A stretch of 64,000 nucleotides of DNA from the human T2T-CHM13v2.0 reference genome, Homo sapiens (GCF_009914755.1 NC_060925.1), one strand, 5' to 3'; numbered from the stretch's first letter, positions 13,885-26,772 are shown. Program-made: numbers and translations. Notes: generated by a model not told the origin, from the letters alone.

Positions 13885-14070
13885 CTGGGAGAGTATCGGC
13901 TGCAGGTCAGAAGAGTGAGTCCTAGCCACTGCACTGCCACCAATGTACTGTGTAACCCTGCCAGATCATGTACCCACAGTGGGCCTCAATTTCACCAGCT
14001 GTACATGAGGGGGTTGGACGAGATGATCCCCTAGTTCCTCCCTCCTTTGGTGGTCCAAGAATCCATAAGT
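13885..14070 (-). mobile_element. MIR3-like SINE
   Basis: gggcctcaatttcaccagctgtacatgagggggttggacgagatgatccc. Confidence 0.6.
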
Positions 14071-14619
14071 CTGTATGGGAAAGCTGTGCCCAGATAGTCA
14101 TAGGAAATTGGTGCTAGGTCTGTTATGATGGTCTCTCCTCGGGAGGTGAGAAAGGAGAATAAACCTCGGTCAGATTATGAACTGTGAACATCACAATCAG
14201 AAACGGAAAGACACAAGCTCATGCTGGTCACCGCTGGCCTGGGCCAGGGAGCTTTAGTTCCCAGTGTGAGCTCAGCAAGATGAAGTCCTGACCAAAGCAA
14301 ACGTGCCCGTCCTCTGATATGTGGGTCACAGGATCAACTAAGCCAGTGAGAAAGAATGAAGCCCCTCCTTGGTGACAGAGCCTTGGGGGACATGGACCAG
14401 TAAGGAGGGGCTGACACCTGATGACGGGAGAGTGGATGTGGGAATGGGGCAGCAAATGTCACCATCACTGGCATTAATGGTCATTGTCATCGTCATCATG
14501 ATTAGAGTACAGCTAAGAATTATCAGGAGCCTCCTATGCACCAGCCTCCTTCTCCAGAGCTCTTCGTAAAACAGTAAGACCAGTTAGTATCTACTGTGTG
14601 CTGAGGCTAGGGGAGTCAC

Positions 14620-14780
14620 AGGTGTTGTCATTAGCTTTCACAGCAACCCTACCTGCTACAAGGTCAGTTTAATCATTCCCATTTTATAGATGAGGATACC
14701 GAGACTCAGAGAAATTGGGAAACTTACTCAGGGTCTCACAGCCAGGAAGTAGTTGAGCCAGCATGCACTCTGTGGGCCCA
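14620..14780 (+). mobile_element. MIR SINE
   Basis: cccattttatagatgaggataccgagactcagaga. Confidence 0.75.
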
Positions 14781-15034
14781 GCAGCATCAGGACAGCTCTG
14801 CCCACCCTCACCCCTCAGATGGAGACCGGGTCAGCTGAGGTGGACTGAAGTCAGGTATGGTCACCTAAGCCAGGATGTCAGAGCCCAGGGGCGGTGCTAG
14901 ATTGCAGGTGAATCATCTCCCTCCGATTGTGGAGATTCCTCAGGGTCACCCACATAAGTCCAGTTGAGTTTGGCCATCCCAGCCCAGCTGCCAAGCAAGA
15001 GGCAGGAATTAGGTTCACTCTGAACAATAACATT

Positions 15035-15700
15035 GTGTTTACCTGCTCACGATCCTCTCACCACATCTAACATTCTTTAACTTTTCCTTTGGAAACTGTG
15101 CCTCTCGCCTACCACATACTCTTTGTCTAGGTTCTTTGACCAGGACAGAGCCCAGCCCTGCAGCACTGGCGCTAAGGATAAACATGTGTCTCAGGCCTGG
15201 CCAATCAGTGACTTCCATTCCACTGAATTTAGTGATTGGCTCAGAGATGGGCATGTGATCCAGGTTAATCCAATCAGAGTTTGCCCTTGGACTTGCAGAA
15301 AATAGCATAAAAGAGGCTCTTTCTTTCCTTTCCTTATGGTTGCTAAGCTGGTAGAATATAAGACTGGCATTGCAGGTGCCCATTGTAGGAGGAGACTGTC
15401 TAAAAAGAAAGCCGACACAGATAGACAAATCTCTGAAAGATGGAGTAAAATAGAAAAAGAGAGATGGTCAGGGCAGACAGAACATGAGCCTCAGAAGATA
15501 GCGACCCTTGTCTGTTTTGCTTTCTACTGTACACCTGCCTGCACAGACTAGGTACAACTGCTTGAGCCCCTGGATCAAGGCACACTTGAAGCCAGCAGTC
15601 TCCCAGATGTTCCAGTTTCATGAACCAATGCATTTCTTTTTCTGTTTGGGTCAGTTTGAGATGTCTTTCTGTCACCCGTAAACCAATGAATGAGTCCCAG
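15035..15700 (+). mobile_element. Old MLT1 (K/L-like) LTR
   Basis: caggcctggccaatcag, gtgattggctcagagatgggcatgtgatcc, cagtttgag...ttctgtcac. Confidence 0.7.
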
Positions 15701-16159
15701 TTCTGCTCTGTAGCCACCACCAGAAAACATAGTACCTGACATATAATAGATGCCAGGTAAACATTTGGGCAATGAAGGGAAAAAGAATGAATGAGCCTGG
15801 CCATTTCTCCCTCTCTGCTTCCCACCCACTGCACACAAGCTGCAGACAGCCTAATGGGGACCATGGCTCTGGGAATTAAAACTTGCTGAAGGATCAACTT
15901 TTTCCCCATCAGCAGCAGCATCTGCCCACTGGGCCCTTGGAGGAGGACAGCAGGGCTCAGGGAGGTGGTTGCATTTCTGTGCAGAAACACCAACCCCAGG
16001 AGATATCGGAAATGGGCTCAGAGCTGCAGAGATGAGGACTGGGACCCTGTTCCCCTGGCCAGTGGACACTGGCGTGGAAGGACAGTAACAGTAACTCCAC
16101 ACATGTCCACCGAGGTTTACACAATGTGTCCACACAGAATGGATGAGCCCATTGGAGGA

Positions 16160-16425
16160 GGCGGCACTGAAATCCTGGCTCTTTGTCCTAAATTTTCTAT
16201 TGATTCATAATATTTGTACGTATTTACGGAGTACATGTGAGATTTTGATACTCTGCCATTTACCAGCTGTGTGGTCTTGGGCAAACCATGTCTCCTCCTT
16301 GGAGCTGGGGTTTCTCATCTGCGGAGTGACCCAGCTCACAGGACCGTGGTGAGGAGTCACTGGGATAAGAATTCAACTTTGTGACTGGCACATCGTAAAT
16401 CCATAGCCAGTACCCAAGTGTTATT
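16160..16425 (-). mobile_element. MIR SINE containing a tiny L1MA 3' end
   Basis: aatcctggctct [insert] ctctgccatttaccagctgtgtggtcttgggcaa. Confidence 0.7.
16182..16250 (-). mobile_element. L1MA extreme 3' end (~65 bp)
   Basis: attgattcataatatttgtacgtatttacggagtacatgtgagattttgatac resembles the L1MA 3' terminus. Confidence 0.7.
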
Positions 16426-18064
16426 AGCCCCACTGTAGAGGCACAGACACAGGGACTTACAGGTGGCCGGTGGCCCGCCTGGGGGGCTGCAGTGGGGAAA
16501 AGCATGGTCTGAAGCCAGAGCCCTGTGACTCCCAGGCCAGTGCTCCATCCACTGCATCCTGGGCTCTCAGGAGGAGGTCAAGAGGGGACTGCCTGGTATC
16601 TCCCCAGGGGAGCAGAGATCCCAGAATCCCCACATTCTTCCAGGGATCCAGCTTCCTGAACATGTGTCATCAGGTGGGCCCCAGGATGCCCAGAAGGGTG
16701 GCCACTCTGCTGAGGACACCGAGGGCAGGTGTCCTTGGAGGGGAGCTGAGCCAGAACATCATTCCTCACATTCCCACTGTGCCTTAACTAAACTCTGCCT
16801 TAATTTCCGTTACCACAGAATGCATGCGTGCATGCTTGTATGAACGAGTGAATTCAAATACATCATTCTATCTGGAGGAAATGGAGTCTCAGAGAAGTCA
16901 AACGATTTGCCCAAGATCAAACATTCTGGTAGGCCAGAGGAAGCTCAAACCCCAGCCTCTGCCACTAAGGTCCATGCTCCTCCCTAGCCCTACACTGCCC
17001 TGCAGAGCTTGGGTCAGGAGTTACGAAAGGAAGAGGCCAGCATGGGCTGGAGGCATCAGGGAGGGCTTCCTGAAGGAGGGGGAGCCCAATCTGGGTCCTG
17101 AAGAACACACTGGAGAGGAATAGCATGCAGGGAGGGAGGCACAGCCCACAGTTTGCTGCCCCCAAATCTTTAGGACTCAGGCCTGGATTTCTCCACCAGG
17201 AGGGTCAAGGTCTTCCTGGAACAGGCTCCCCAAGACCCTCTCCTCAGAGCAGGTGGAGCTGCATCCAGGCAGGATGGGAGGCAGCTCCCAGGTAGGGGGT
17301 GGTGTGTCGGGTAGAGCAGGAGCTGCTGGGAACCTCCTGTTCACTTGGTTCCCGGCCCAGGTGTGCTGGAATGGGAGCGGCACCCTTGCCCGTCTTCCGT
17401 AAGGGGGACTGTGGTCTCACAAGAGCCTCTGATGAGGCCATTAGACCACATTCCATCAGCCAGTCAGCCCCACCAGCCACACAGACAATTGCTGCAAAGC
17501 GCCTCATCAGCTGAGAACTGTGTAACCAAAGGGCCCTGAGATTTCCATTGCAAATTCCCCATGTGAGCCGCAGCTTGCAAAGGTAAGAATCCCCCCATTA
17601 TGTCCACAATTGGGACAATTAGTCCATTTCTCTTTCCTGTTCCTGTAATGAGCCTGCAGAAGCAAAACAACATCAGGCGGGTATGAAAATACACATCAGC
17701 TCAGCTGCAGAGGGGTATTCTTAAGACTATTTTGGGAGCCAGATGCCTGTGTGCGTGGGAGAGGCATCCGTCCTCTGCACAGATCAGCTTTCCAGATGTA
17801 GGCCCAGGAAGCTGAGCCGGCAATTCTTTGAAACCTCGAGTCTTTTCCCTCTTGTCTCCCCTCACTCCCTTTGGCTGGCATTTGGTAATGCCAATGAAAC
17901 GCAGACCCTGAGGTTGGCACCAGCGATTTGGAGATGGCCGAATGCCTCCCTAAATATTGTGGCCTAGGCACCTCGCTTGCCTGACCCTAGTACCAGCCAT
18001 CCGCCTGAGTCATAGTCCCCACCCTGGGAGGGACTCTGAAACCTGCAGTGCCACCATTCTGTAT

Positions 18065-18720
18065 GTAACACATGTGTTGACCACCTACTATGGGACAACC
18101 ACTGTGTTAGGGGAATCAACAGTAAGCAAAACTGCCACGGTCCCTCCTGGAGCTCAGTCTAGAGGAGACAGAGACTAATCTAATCTAGAATCACACGAAG
18201 CAGCGTAAAATGATAGGTGCTCCAAAGGAGAGGCTCAGCATGCGTGAGAGCACTTGAAGAGGGGATTTCAAGGCAGGCCAGGAGGGCATCCCTGAGGATG
18301 TGATCCCCTCGGCTGCCATCTGAACAACGAAGCAGAGTTATCAGGTGAGCTTGGAGCTCAGAGAGAGTGTTCAGACCAGGCAATAGCACATGAAAAGGCC
18401 CAGCGGCTGGAGGGCTCTTGGCAACCACAAAGAAGTTCAAGGCCTGTGTGGCTAAAAGGCAGGGAGTGGGTGGGAGCCTGCAGAAAGAGCAGGACCCAAG
18501 ACTGTGCAAGGGTCTCAAATGCCACTTTAAGGATTTGAGTCTTCATCCCAACAGCAAGGAGACAGTGGAGGGCAAAGAGGAAGCAAGGTTGATGTGATCA
18601 GATCTGTGTTTCCAAATCAACCCTTAAGCCACAGCACAGTGGACCAAGATGGAGACAGTGTTGGACAGTGTGATCTGAAGGTAGGAGCATTGTGGCTCAT
18701 CCTAGAGGGAGAAGGACAGC
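18065..18720 (-). mobile_element. L2
   Basis: ggagctcagtctagagg...caggcaatagcacatgaaaaggcc...tttaaggatttgagtcttcatcc. Confidence 0.75.
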
Positions 18721-19479
18721 TTCCGGGAAAGAGGGGACGGGAATGATGAGTGTCGGCATCTGTGGGGCGTTCATTTAGCTATTTGACACGTCATTATTGA
18801 GCACCAACTGTATGCTTGATCCCGTATTCAGTGAGGGAGTGACAGGATAAATAAGAACAACAAAGTCATTGTCCGCAAGGATCTTACAAGGGGAAGCAGA
18901 TATTTCCCTGATGTTTCAGGAAGGGCCAGCTCACTGAGAAATGTCTGGGCTGCTGTGATAATCAGCTCTTATTGGATGAGAGAGAAAAGACCAGCCAGGG
19001 ATGTTTGGATATGAACCAATCACCCCAAATAAATCAAGGGGACTTGAGGAAAGGACACAGGACAGAGTCAGGCCCTCCAGGACTGAGAGTCACCCAAGCC
19101 TGTCTCCCCCTCCTTCCCTGTGCAACCCCCTGGATGGTGCCCTTCAAGGTGGGCTCCCACAACAATTCATTTTGCATCGTGGGTCAATATTTCCCAGAGC
19201 AGGAACCTGAGTGGGCTCAACTTGGCTGATTGCACAACAGGAGGCTCCCAGGAACTCTGCAATGTTAGCTTCCCCTTCCCCACTTTGCAAATGAGCAAAT
19301 ACAACATCAGAGAGGTGAAGACATTTCCCAAAGAGCTACTAAGTAACAATGTCCTGGTGTCCAGGCTGGTGATGACATGTGGGAGCCCCATCATGAGCAT
19401 GGAGGAAGCCATTCATCCCGACCTTTACTTTGATGACAAGGACAAGCTCCACCTGACGGCAGGCACTGCTGAAGCAATA

Positions 19480-20160
19480 ACCCTAGCAATACCCATTTAG
19501 AGCCTCCTGGGTACCAGGCACAGGCTCTAAGCCCTTCTATCTACTGATTTACTTCATTTTCACAATAACACTTTGGAGCATATTCCAGTTATATGTTGCC
19601 ACTGTGATGGTGTGCTGCAACCATGAGAATGAGTAGCTTCAATCAATGGGTACTGATTGAGTTCCCAACTCTTTGAGTGGGCTGGACAATTCTGCTGCAT
19701 TGGTCAAGCACTCTCCGTCTTCTGAAGTCAGCTATTACCTCATCTGTGTGTTGGCTTTGCTGATGTTGCCTGGCTTTCTCTCCTATCTGAGGGCCTTGTG
19801 TAGTCTTTGATTATCCAGCAAGATGGCCTCAGGTTGTTTAAACAGAGATGTCAAATTTCCAAATGGGGGAGTCCCTTGAGGTACAGGCTTCAAATCGACA
19901 CCTACACATGCAACATAGTCTATTGGCCAAAGCAAGTCACAGGACCGTGCATACTGAGGCAGTAGTAAAGAAACGCCACCTCTTCATAGCGGAAGTCATA
20001 TGCAAAGATGGGTAGGCTACTGGGGTAGGCATCATTATAATCAAGCTACTCTCCAGACGAGAGCACTGAAGATCAGAGAGATGCAGTGGCTTGCTCAAGA
20101 CCACACAGCTACCAAGGGGGCATGGGTGAGTTTTGTGCCCAGGTCTGTGCTCTTCTCCAT
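19480..20160 (+). mobile_element. MIR split by an MLT1 LTR
   Basis: First part to ~19580; resumes ~20025 with gtaggcatcatta...actgaagatcagagagatgcagtggcttgctcaagaccacacagcta. Confidence 0.6.
19581..20025 (-). mobile_element. MLT1 LTR
   Basis: tattccagttat start and ctattggccaaagcaagtcacagg motif. Confidence 0.65.
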
Positions 20161-20479
20161 GGCTCTGCTGCTTCTTGAAAGCTGTGAGCAAACTACAGAC
20201 AGAGAAATCCAGGGCTGGGAGAACCTCGAGCTTCCAGGATCCTGAGCAGGAGACTCCTGGGGTTAAGGGAGACCCTGAAGCCCTAGGGAGGACTCTGGCA
20301 GCTGGAGGAGAAGGGCCTTCCTCTCCCAGAGGGGCAGAGGGCCACCTGAGCAAGTGTCAGAGCTTGGACATTAGGCCCAGCTCTGTTGGCAAAAGGTGAG
20401 TCTGGATTAAACTCATTCATTCATTCATTCTCCCATTTATCCATTCATCCACTCAGTAAACAACCTTGGAAGAGAATCC

Positions 20480-20885
20480 TCTTGACATATTCTGCCCTGG
20501 CATTGTCTTCTACTGGTCATGCCCATTTATTCTTTAACAGTCAGTTCAAATGTCTCCTCCAGGAAGCCCTCCCTGATATGCAGAGTTAGTGCCCCTTTCC
20601 TCTCCTGCCCACACACTTTGTGTTTTTGCTGCATCCTGGCTGGGAGGGAAGGAGGGAGTCTGGATTGTCACTGCTGATTTATGTGCCACTGTCCACTCCC
20701 AGGGTCCTGTGAGAGAGCCAGTCTTGGGCAGGCCAGGGTCCCACCTTAATCACCTCCTCTGTCTTCCCCAGGGACTGCAGGTTCCAGGAGAACAGTGTAG
20801 AGCTCTGTGCATCTCAGGGACTGTGGCTTGTTGGGGTCTAGAACACTGCAGGTCACAAAGCAGAATCTAAAATACTGGATGGAAG
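20480..20885 (+). mobile_element. L2 fragments
   Basis: cagttcaaatgtctcctccaggaagccctccctga. Confidence 0.55.
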
Positions 20886-21864
20886 AAAGAAGGGAAGGAA
20901 GGAAAGAAGAGTTAGAGAGAGAGAAAAGGGAGAAGGAAAGAAAGAGAGGGGCCTTGCTTCCTAGGCGTAGCATGAGGGAAGGAGACAGAGAAGAAAATCG
21001 CAAATTTGGAGGTTGTGAGAGGTGAGGGAAGCAGAAACACTCGAACATTAAAAATGGTCACATCGTGACCTCTGACATTTTGCTCAATCAGGAACAAATC
21101 ACTTAGTACTGCAGGTAGATCTGAGAGCTACTCAGAGTTTGCTCTCAGAAGAGCTTTCTGGAATGAAACATTTCTCCCGGGGCCTGCCTCATGCTGAGCC
21201 ACATCCAGCCCAATTCCATGGGTCAGAGAGAAATTTTTTCCAGTACCTCTGCCTGGGCAAAAGAGCAGAGGTCCTGATCTGAGGCTGGGTTTGGGTGGCT
21301 GCTCCATCCAGCATGTGACCTTGGACGAGTCACTCAAACACCCAGAGGACCCGGACAGTGGGAGTCTCTCCCTTCCTTTCTTGCTTCTCCTCCACACCCT
21401 CCCTGGCCTCAGGCCATCTTTAGGGTGGGGTCCTATCCTCTTCCTGGAAGTCATCTAGACTGCCCGTCCTCTAGACTGGAAGGTTGAAAGCCAGGCTAGA
21501 AGGTCAGGCCAGCTGGGCTCAATCCAAGCTGCCCTCCATTCTAGGTCCTTGCTGCCCCAGAAGGTGACAGCAGCATCCACATCAGTGGGGAGATGTAGGC
21601 TCTTGTGCCCCACCCCGGACCTCAGGTGAGCCTGACTCTGCACTTAACACACACCTGAGGTGCTGGGTGCATACTTTAAAGTGTGAGGAGCCCTGGTCCA
21701 GCTGGTGGGGGAGACAGAGCTGTCAGAGGCCTGCAGGAGGGCTGCAGGGACAACCAGGCCTGCTTCTCCCCAGAGGGACCCAGCGACTGCCAGGGTGACT
21801 TTGACACGCACAGACACATCTCCACATGGGAAAGAGCAAAAACTAAGACAAACACACTTCCTGG

Positions 21865-21990
21865 CTCTGTGACTTGGCCCCATCACCCCACCTCTCTGGG
21901 GTCACAGTTCCCTCCCCTGTAAAATGGGGATAATAACAGCCCCTTATCCCAATTATCCTAAGGGTGGAGGGAAGTAATTTGCATAAAGCT
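21865..21990 (-). mobile_element. MIR SINE
   Basis: cagttccctcccctgtaaaatggggataataacag. Confidence 0.75.
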
Positions 21991-22367
21991 GGGAGTGGCG
22001 AGGCCTGGTGGGGCCTGCCCCTCTGTCCTCTCTGCAGGAACCTCCTCTGCCCTACATCTCCCTCCTTCTCTGGGGCACTTCCCAGCCTCCCTCTCAAGTT
22101 TCCTTCCTGCCAACCAGGACTTCCCCAAATCTGGCATTGGTTTTTCATCATCATCTCTTTTCCTTCCTGGTCCTTTTCACGGCATGGAATTATTTGGTTG
22201 TTCATTTGCTCATTTTGCTTGGCTGCTTCTGCAGTCAAGAGCCTCGTGGTGGCAAGGACCTTGTGGGTCTCAGTCACAGTGTGTCCCCATCCTTAGCACA
22301 GAGTTTGGCACATAGAGGAGCCTGATCAATACCTGCTGGATGGAGGGATGAGGAGTGGGGCTGGGCC

Positions 22368-22810
22368 GTATCAGTCAGGATGGTGAAGTGCATAACAAAC
22401 AGCCCCCACATCCCAGTGGCTTCACCCAGGAAGAGTTGATTTCTCTCCCAGGCAAAGCCCAGGTGGCTGCTGCTGGCCTGGGGCGTTTCCTCCAGGGGGT
22501 GGCTCTTCTGAGTAGTGATGCAGGGATCCAGACTCCTTGATCTGGGATGACATCATCAACATGCATGGCCTCCAGGGGAATCAAGGAAGGAGAAGTGAGT
22601 GAGGAGCAGGTGTCCAGATGCTTAACCACCTCGGCCAGAGGTGTCCACATCATTTCCACCCACATTCCACTGGCCAGAGTTAACGGTGGCCCCACCTAGA
22701 TGCAGTGGGGCTGGGCCAAGTCATCCCTGGCTGGGCAGCCCCTGCCCAGCACTGGCCCTGCGCTGTGAAAGGGGAGTGTAAGGCCCTGGACAGCAAGCCT
22801 GTCTCTGCCC
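22368..22810 (-). mobile_element. Old MLT1 LTR
   Basis: gtatcagtcagga...ataacaaacagccccc...cacattccactggccaga. Confidence 0.65.
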
Positions 22811-23564
22811 CTCTGCGGTGGTGATGGACGATGCCCTGTCACCCTGGGCCTCCTCCTGAGGCCCCTGCTTTCCTTTCTCTGAGCCTCTGGCTGACAGGAT
22901 GTCTGGTCAGGAGGGGAGCGGGGAAGGGTTCCCAGGGCTGCCTCCACACTGGGCTCAGAGATGGGGGAAGATCTGGGCCATTCCAGCTGATTGTGTTCAG
23001 AACCTTCTGTGTCTGCCAGGCTGCTAAGTTGGTGCCATCTGCCTGCATTCCCAGCACCAAAGCCCTGGCATAAACAAGTTTTATTTTATGGTTCTTAAAG
23101 AAAGTTTAGGCAGAGGTGGGGAGAGAGGGGAGGGGGGCCTCAGAATGATCTAGTTCTCTGGGAGCCAGAGTGTCATGTCCATCTGCATTCTGCCAAGGGG
23201 GCTGAGTGGAATTCACGGTGGGCAGAGGAGGGTTGAGTGGCCTGGGGGATGACATTACTGTGAATTCCTACCTCCCCCATAGACTGGGGCTCCTTGGGCC
23301 TGAGTCTTCTTGTTCCCAGTGTCCAACCCACGGTCTGACCCGGAGCAGGTGTCAAACAAACTCCTGCTGAGTAAATGATTGAGGGGAAGAATGAGCAGTG
23401 GTGAAGGGCAGGGTGGGGAGAGGCTGACTGGGATGTAGTGGGAGGCCAGGTAATTTCTGTGTTAAGCACTGTAATGAATTATCCAATGGGAGGAAGCCTG
23501 GGGTGGCCTGAAAGATCCCAGCCTCCTGGGATGACAGAGTAAGCAGGACCTGCAACTTATTTCT

Positions 23565-24020
23565 TCAACAAGGTGACACGATGTCACTTCCATGATTTGG
23601 TTACAAAAGACTGTGACTTCTGCCTTGCCGGCTGATTATTTATATTGCCTTCTTGTCTTCTGGGTTTTGGTGAAGCAGGTTGCTATGTGGGAGACACTCC
23701 CGTGGCAGGGAACTGAAGCAGCCTCCAGCCAAGAACCAGCCAAGAACTGAGGCCTGCAGCCTATCAGCCCTCTAGGAACTGAGTCCTGCCAACAAGTGCA
23801 GGAGCTTGGAAGCAGATCCTTCCCCAGTCGAGCCTTCAGGTGCCATCCCAGCCTAAGCTGATACTTGTATTGCAACCTGTGAGAGCCACTGAAGCACAGG
23901 ATTCAGCTAAGTTGTGCCCAGATTTCTGCCCCACAGAAACTGTGAGGTAATAAATATGTGTTGTTTTAAGCCACTAAATTTGAGGGGTAATTTGTTACCT
24001 GACAATAGATAACTAATGCA
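23565..24020 (+). mobile_element. MLT1E/F LTR
   Basis: ggaactgagtcctgccaacaa...cttggaagcagatccttcccc...cacagaaactgtgag...tttaagccactaaattt...caatagataactaatgca. Confidence 0.85.
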
Positions 24021-24021
24021 T

Positions 24022-24175
24022 ATCCCATCAAATCCTCTCAACAGCCCTGTGGTGTGCATGCTGATTAGCCTCTTCTGGGGATGGGGATACTGAGGCACAG
24101 TACCATGTACAGGGTTCATGGGAGAGCTGGGATGCAAACCTGGGTTTGTCTGAGCTGAAACTTGTGCTATGCATT
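24022..24175 (+). mobile_element. MIR SINE
   Basis: aatcctctcaacagccctgt...gatggggatactgaggcacag. Confidence 0.65.
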
Positions 24176-25339
24176 ATCTCTTCTTTTTACTGACTTGCAA
24201 GATCAGCTAAGACATAAAATTCACCCACAAACCCATAAAGAAGAGGAAAATCTAAAACTCGAAGGAATTATGTAAATATAAACCCACACACAGTTACTTG
24301 CAAATCCTCCTACTTTCTCTTCATCATATACACTCTGATTCATTCTAAGCTCCACATCTGCACAGCGGGGAGGCCACTTGTCAATAAACTAAGTGCAAAT
24401 CACCTTTGGCACTGATATCCCTGTAATTTGGTTGGGGGAGGGTCCAAGGCAAGTGGAGAAAAAGATTATGGTGGCTGAGTCAAGTGGGAGCAGTTGAGGA
24501 AATGGATGCTGGCATGTTTCCCAGTCTCCACTCCCATTTTTAAAGTAGAAGATACTTCAACATTCCTACAAAGCTACCTCCAAAGAAGGACTTCTCAGGG
24601 ACAACTTTGAGCCCTGGGGCAGGTGGAGGGGACATACGCATATTTGGTGGAAAGACTTTGAAGACAAGAAAAATGATGGGGCTTCAAGAAGCTGGCCAGT
24701 GGGCACACTGGAGGATCCTTGCCCAGGGGAAGGGGATTTGGGTCGCCTCCTGCAGAGGGATGGTAGTGGAGGAGTCCTAGCCTGGGAGTTGTTCAGGATC
24801 CACAACGCTCTAGCTAACTCACTCACTGTGGGGTCACTGGGGATTGAACTGATCCCTCTAATCCCTAGTGTCCTCATCTGCAAATTGTAAGGTGAACTTT
24901 GAGGATGTGTCACTCATGGAACCCACATGGGTAAGAACAGAGTCTTCCAGTTCCATCCAGTCTCCTTTTTCTCCCTTTAAGTGCCCAGAAGGATGAGAGA
25001 GCAGCAGAGGTCTCCCCAGCCCTCCCCTGGCAGGAGATGTGGCCCCCACCTCACACCATGCTCAGCCCATGCTCCTTCTGATTCTTTAGGGACAATCACA
25101 CAGGCCATTCCTGTAATGCACTGGGTCAGCCTGGCCTCCTGTGAGCTGGGCCCCAGCTCATCTGTATTCATCCTGCATGCAGCTTCTGCCTGCAAGAAGT
25201 GGCCATCAGGGTGTCCGTCCCTGAGCCTACCGAAAGGCATGGAGGTGGGAGTGGGATGACCTATGATCCCTGGAGGTTCAGGATCAAGCCCTAGAGAGCC
25301 TCTGTGTCACCCAGCTGCATCACTATGAATACTAATTGA

Positions 25340-25550
25340 TGACAGTGGACACATATCAAATGCCTACTATGTCTCAGGTACTGTGTTAGTCTTATTCCAG
25401 GCATTTTCTCACCTAATCTTCAAATTCTTATCTATGTCTCATGACAAGAAAACTGAGACTCATGGGGGTGAAGCGACCTGCCCAAGGTGGCACAGCAAGG
25501 AAATGACTGAGCCAGAATTTGAACCAAGAGCCTACACCCTTAACCACCCT
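25340..25550 (+). mobile_element. MIR SINE
   Basis: gaaaactgagactca...cctgcccaaggtggcacagc...gagccagaatttgaacc. Confidence 0.7.
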
Positions 25551-25682
25551 ACATCACTTCCCTTCAGTGAGGGCACCCACCACGAACCCAAGTTCTGCTC
25601 CTGTGAATTTCAGGGCAGGAACCAGGTGGCTCAGATTGTGCAGTGGGGGTTCAGTGTTGGGTCAAGTTCCCCAGACTCCAGG

Positions 25683-26034
25683 TGATATGGTTTGGCTGTG
25701 TCCCCACCCACATCTCACCTGGAATTGTAATAATCCCCACGAGTCAAGGGCAGGGCCAGATGGAGATAATTGATTCATGGGAACGGTTTCCCCCATACTC
25801 TTCTCATGGTAGTAAGTCTCATGAGATCTGATGGTTTTGTAAATGGGAGTTCCTCTGCACAAGCTCTCTTGCCCACTGCCATGTAAGAAGTCCTTTTGCT
25901 CTTCCTTCATCTTCCACCATGATTGTGAAGCCTCCCCAGCCATGTGGAACTGTGATTCAATTAAATCTCTTTCTTTTATAAATTACCCAGTCTTGGGTAT
26001 GTATTTATTAGCTGCGTGAGTACAGACTAATACA
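25683..26034 (+). mobile_element. THE1 (B-like) solo LTR, 5-bp TSD ccagg
   Basis: tgatatggtttggctgtgtcccc...gactaataca; ccagg at 25678-25682 and 26035-26039. Confidence 0.95.
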
Positions 26035-26751
26035 CCAGGACTAACCACCACCTCAGGCCTCTCTGTTCACCGAGGCCCTTTGCCTGGTAAGCTTGCTTAA
26101 GGCTGGTGATCTTCTACCTGGTGATGTAGAAAGATGCTGGAGTGAAGAAGAGGATGTTTCCAAGAAGTCAGTAGAGCTGGTGGCTGAGGACAGCATTGGG
26201 TGCTGCGGGGGCACTGTGAGAACTACCACTTATTCACCTATGTGTGTGTGCCTTCCCCACAAGAGAGGAAGACCTGCAAAACCAATCAACTCTGGTTCAA
26301 GTGAAGTGCCCCTGGCAGAGCCGGAAAGGTGTTACAGGGTTTGTTTGTGTGGATGGAAGAGGCTGACCTGTCCCGCAGCCTGAAAACAGGAGGTGGGAGG
26401 GGGTGGGCAATGGAGCCCTCTCTCTGCATGGAGACACTTCAACGAAGATAAGGGAAAGCTTATCAGGCAGCATTCACGGTGTCAACAGCAGACAAGAAAT
26501 GTTTCTAACACTTCAGCCTTGCCAACACTCCCTATTTATCTCAAGAAACACAAGTGTTTTTCTTTCTTTCTTTTTTTTGTTTCCGTTCTCTCCTGCTATA
26601 AAATGCTCAGAGTCTCACAGTGCAAGATGAAGGGTTGACACGCGGTGAAAACTCATTTTTAGATTCCATCAAGTTCCATCAGTCGCACTCCCCTTGCAGC
26701 AGAACCCAGCAGACCAGTGGGCAGAGCCAGCAGGCAGGGGGTGGAGGAGGC

Positions 26752-26772
26752 GGGGAGGGGTTGGGGTGGGGG
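26752..26772 (+). other. Predicted four-tier G-quadruplex
   Basis: GGGG-A-GGGG-TT-GGGG-T-GGGGG. Confidence 0.75.

Noticed and set aside
20880-21000. Purine-rich tract with an E/R/K-rich ORF
   Set aside because: Low-complexity GA-rich extension of an L2 tail
21692-21795. Collagen-like Gly-X-Y reads (GPA..GDR..GLQGQPGLL.PRGTQ.LPG), with similar patches near 16595, 17200, 20255 and 59440
   Set aside because: They need frameshifts, mostly lack matching splice sites, and a rough estimate from GG frequency predicts several such patches by chance in 64 kb. A tBLASTn/HMM hit in syntenic non-mammalian genomes would be needed to revive a lost-collagen hypothesis
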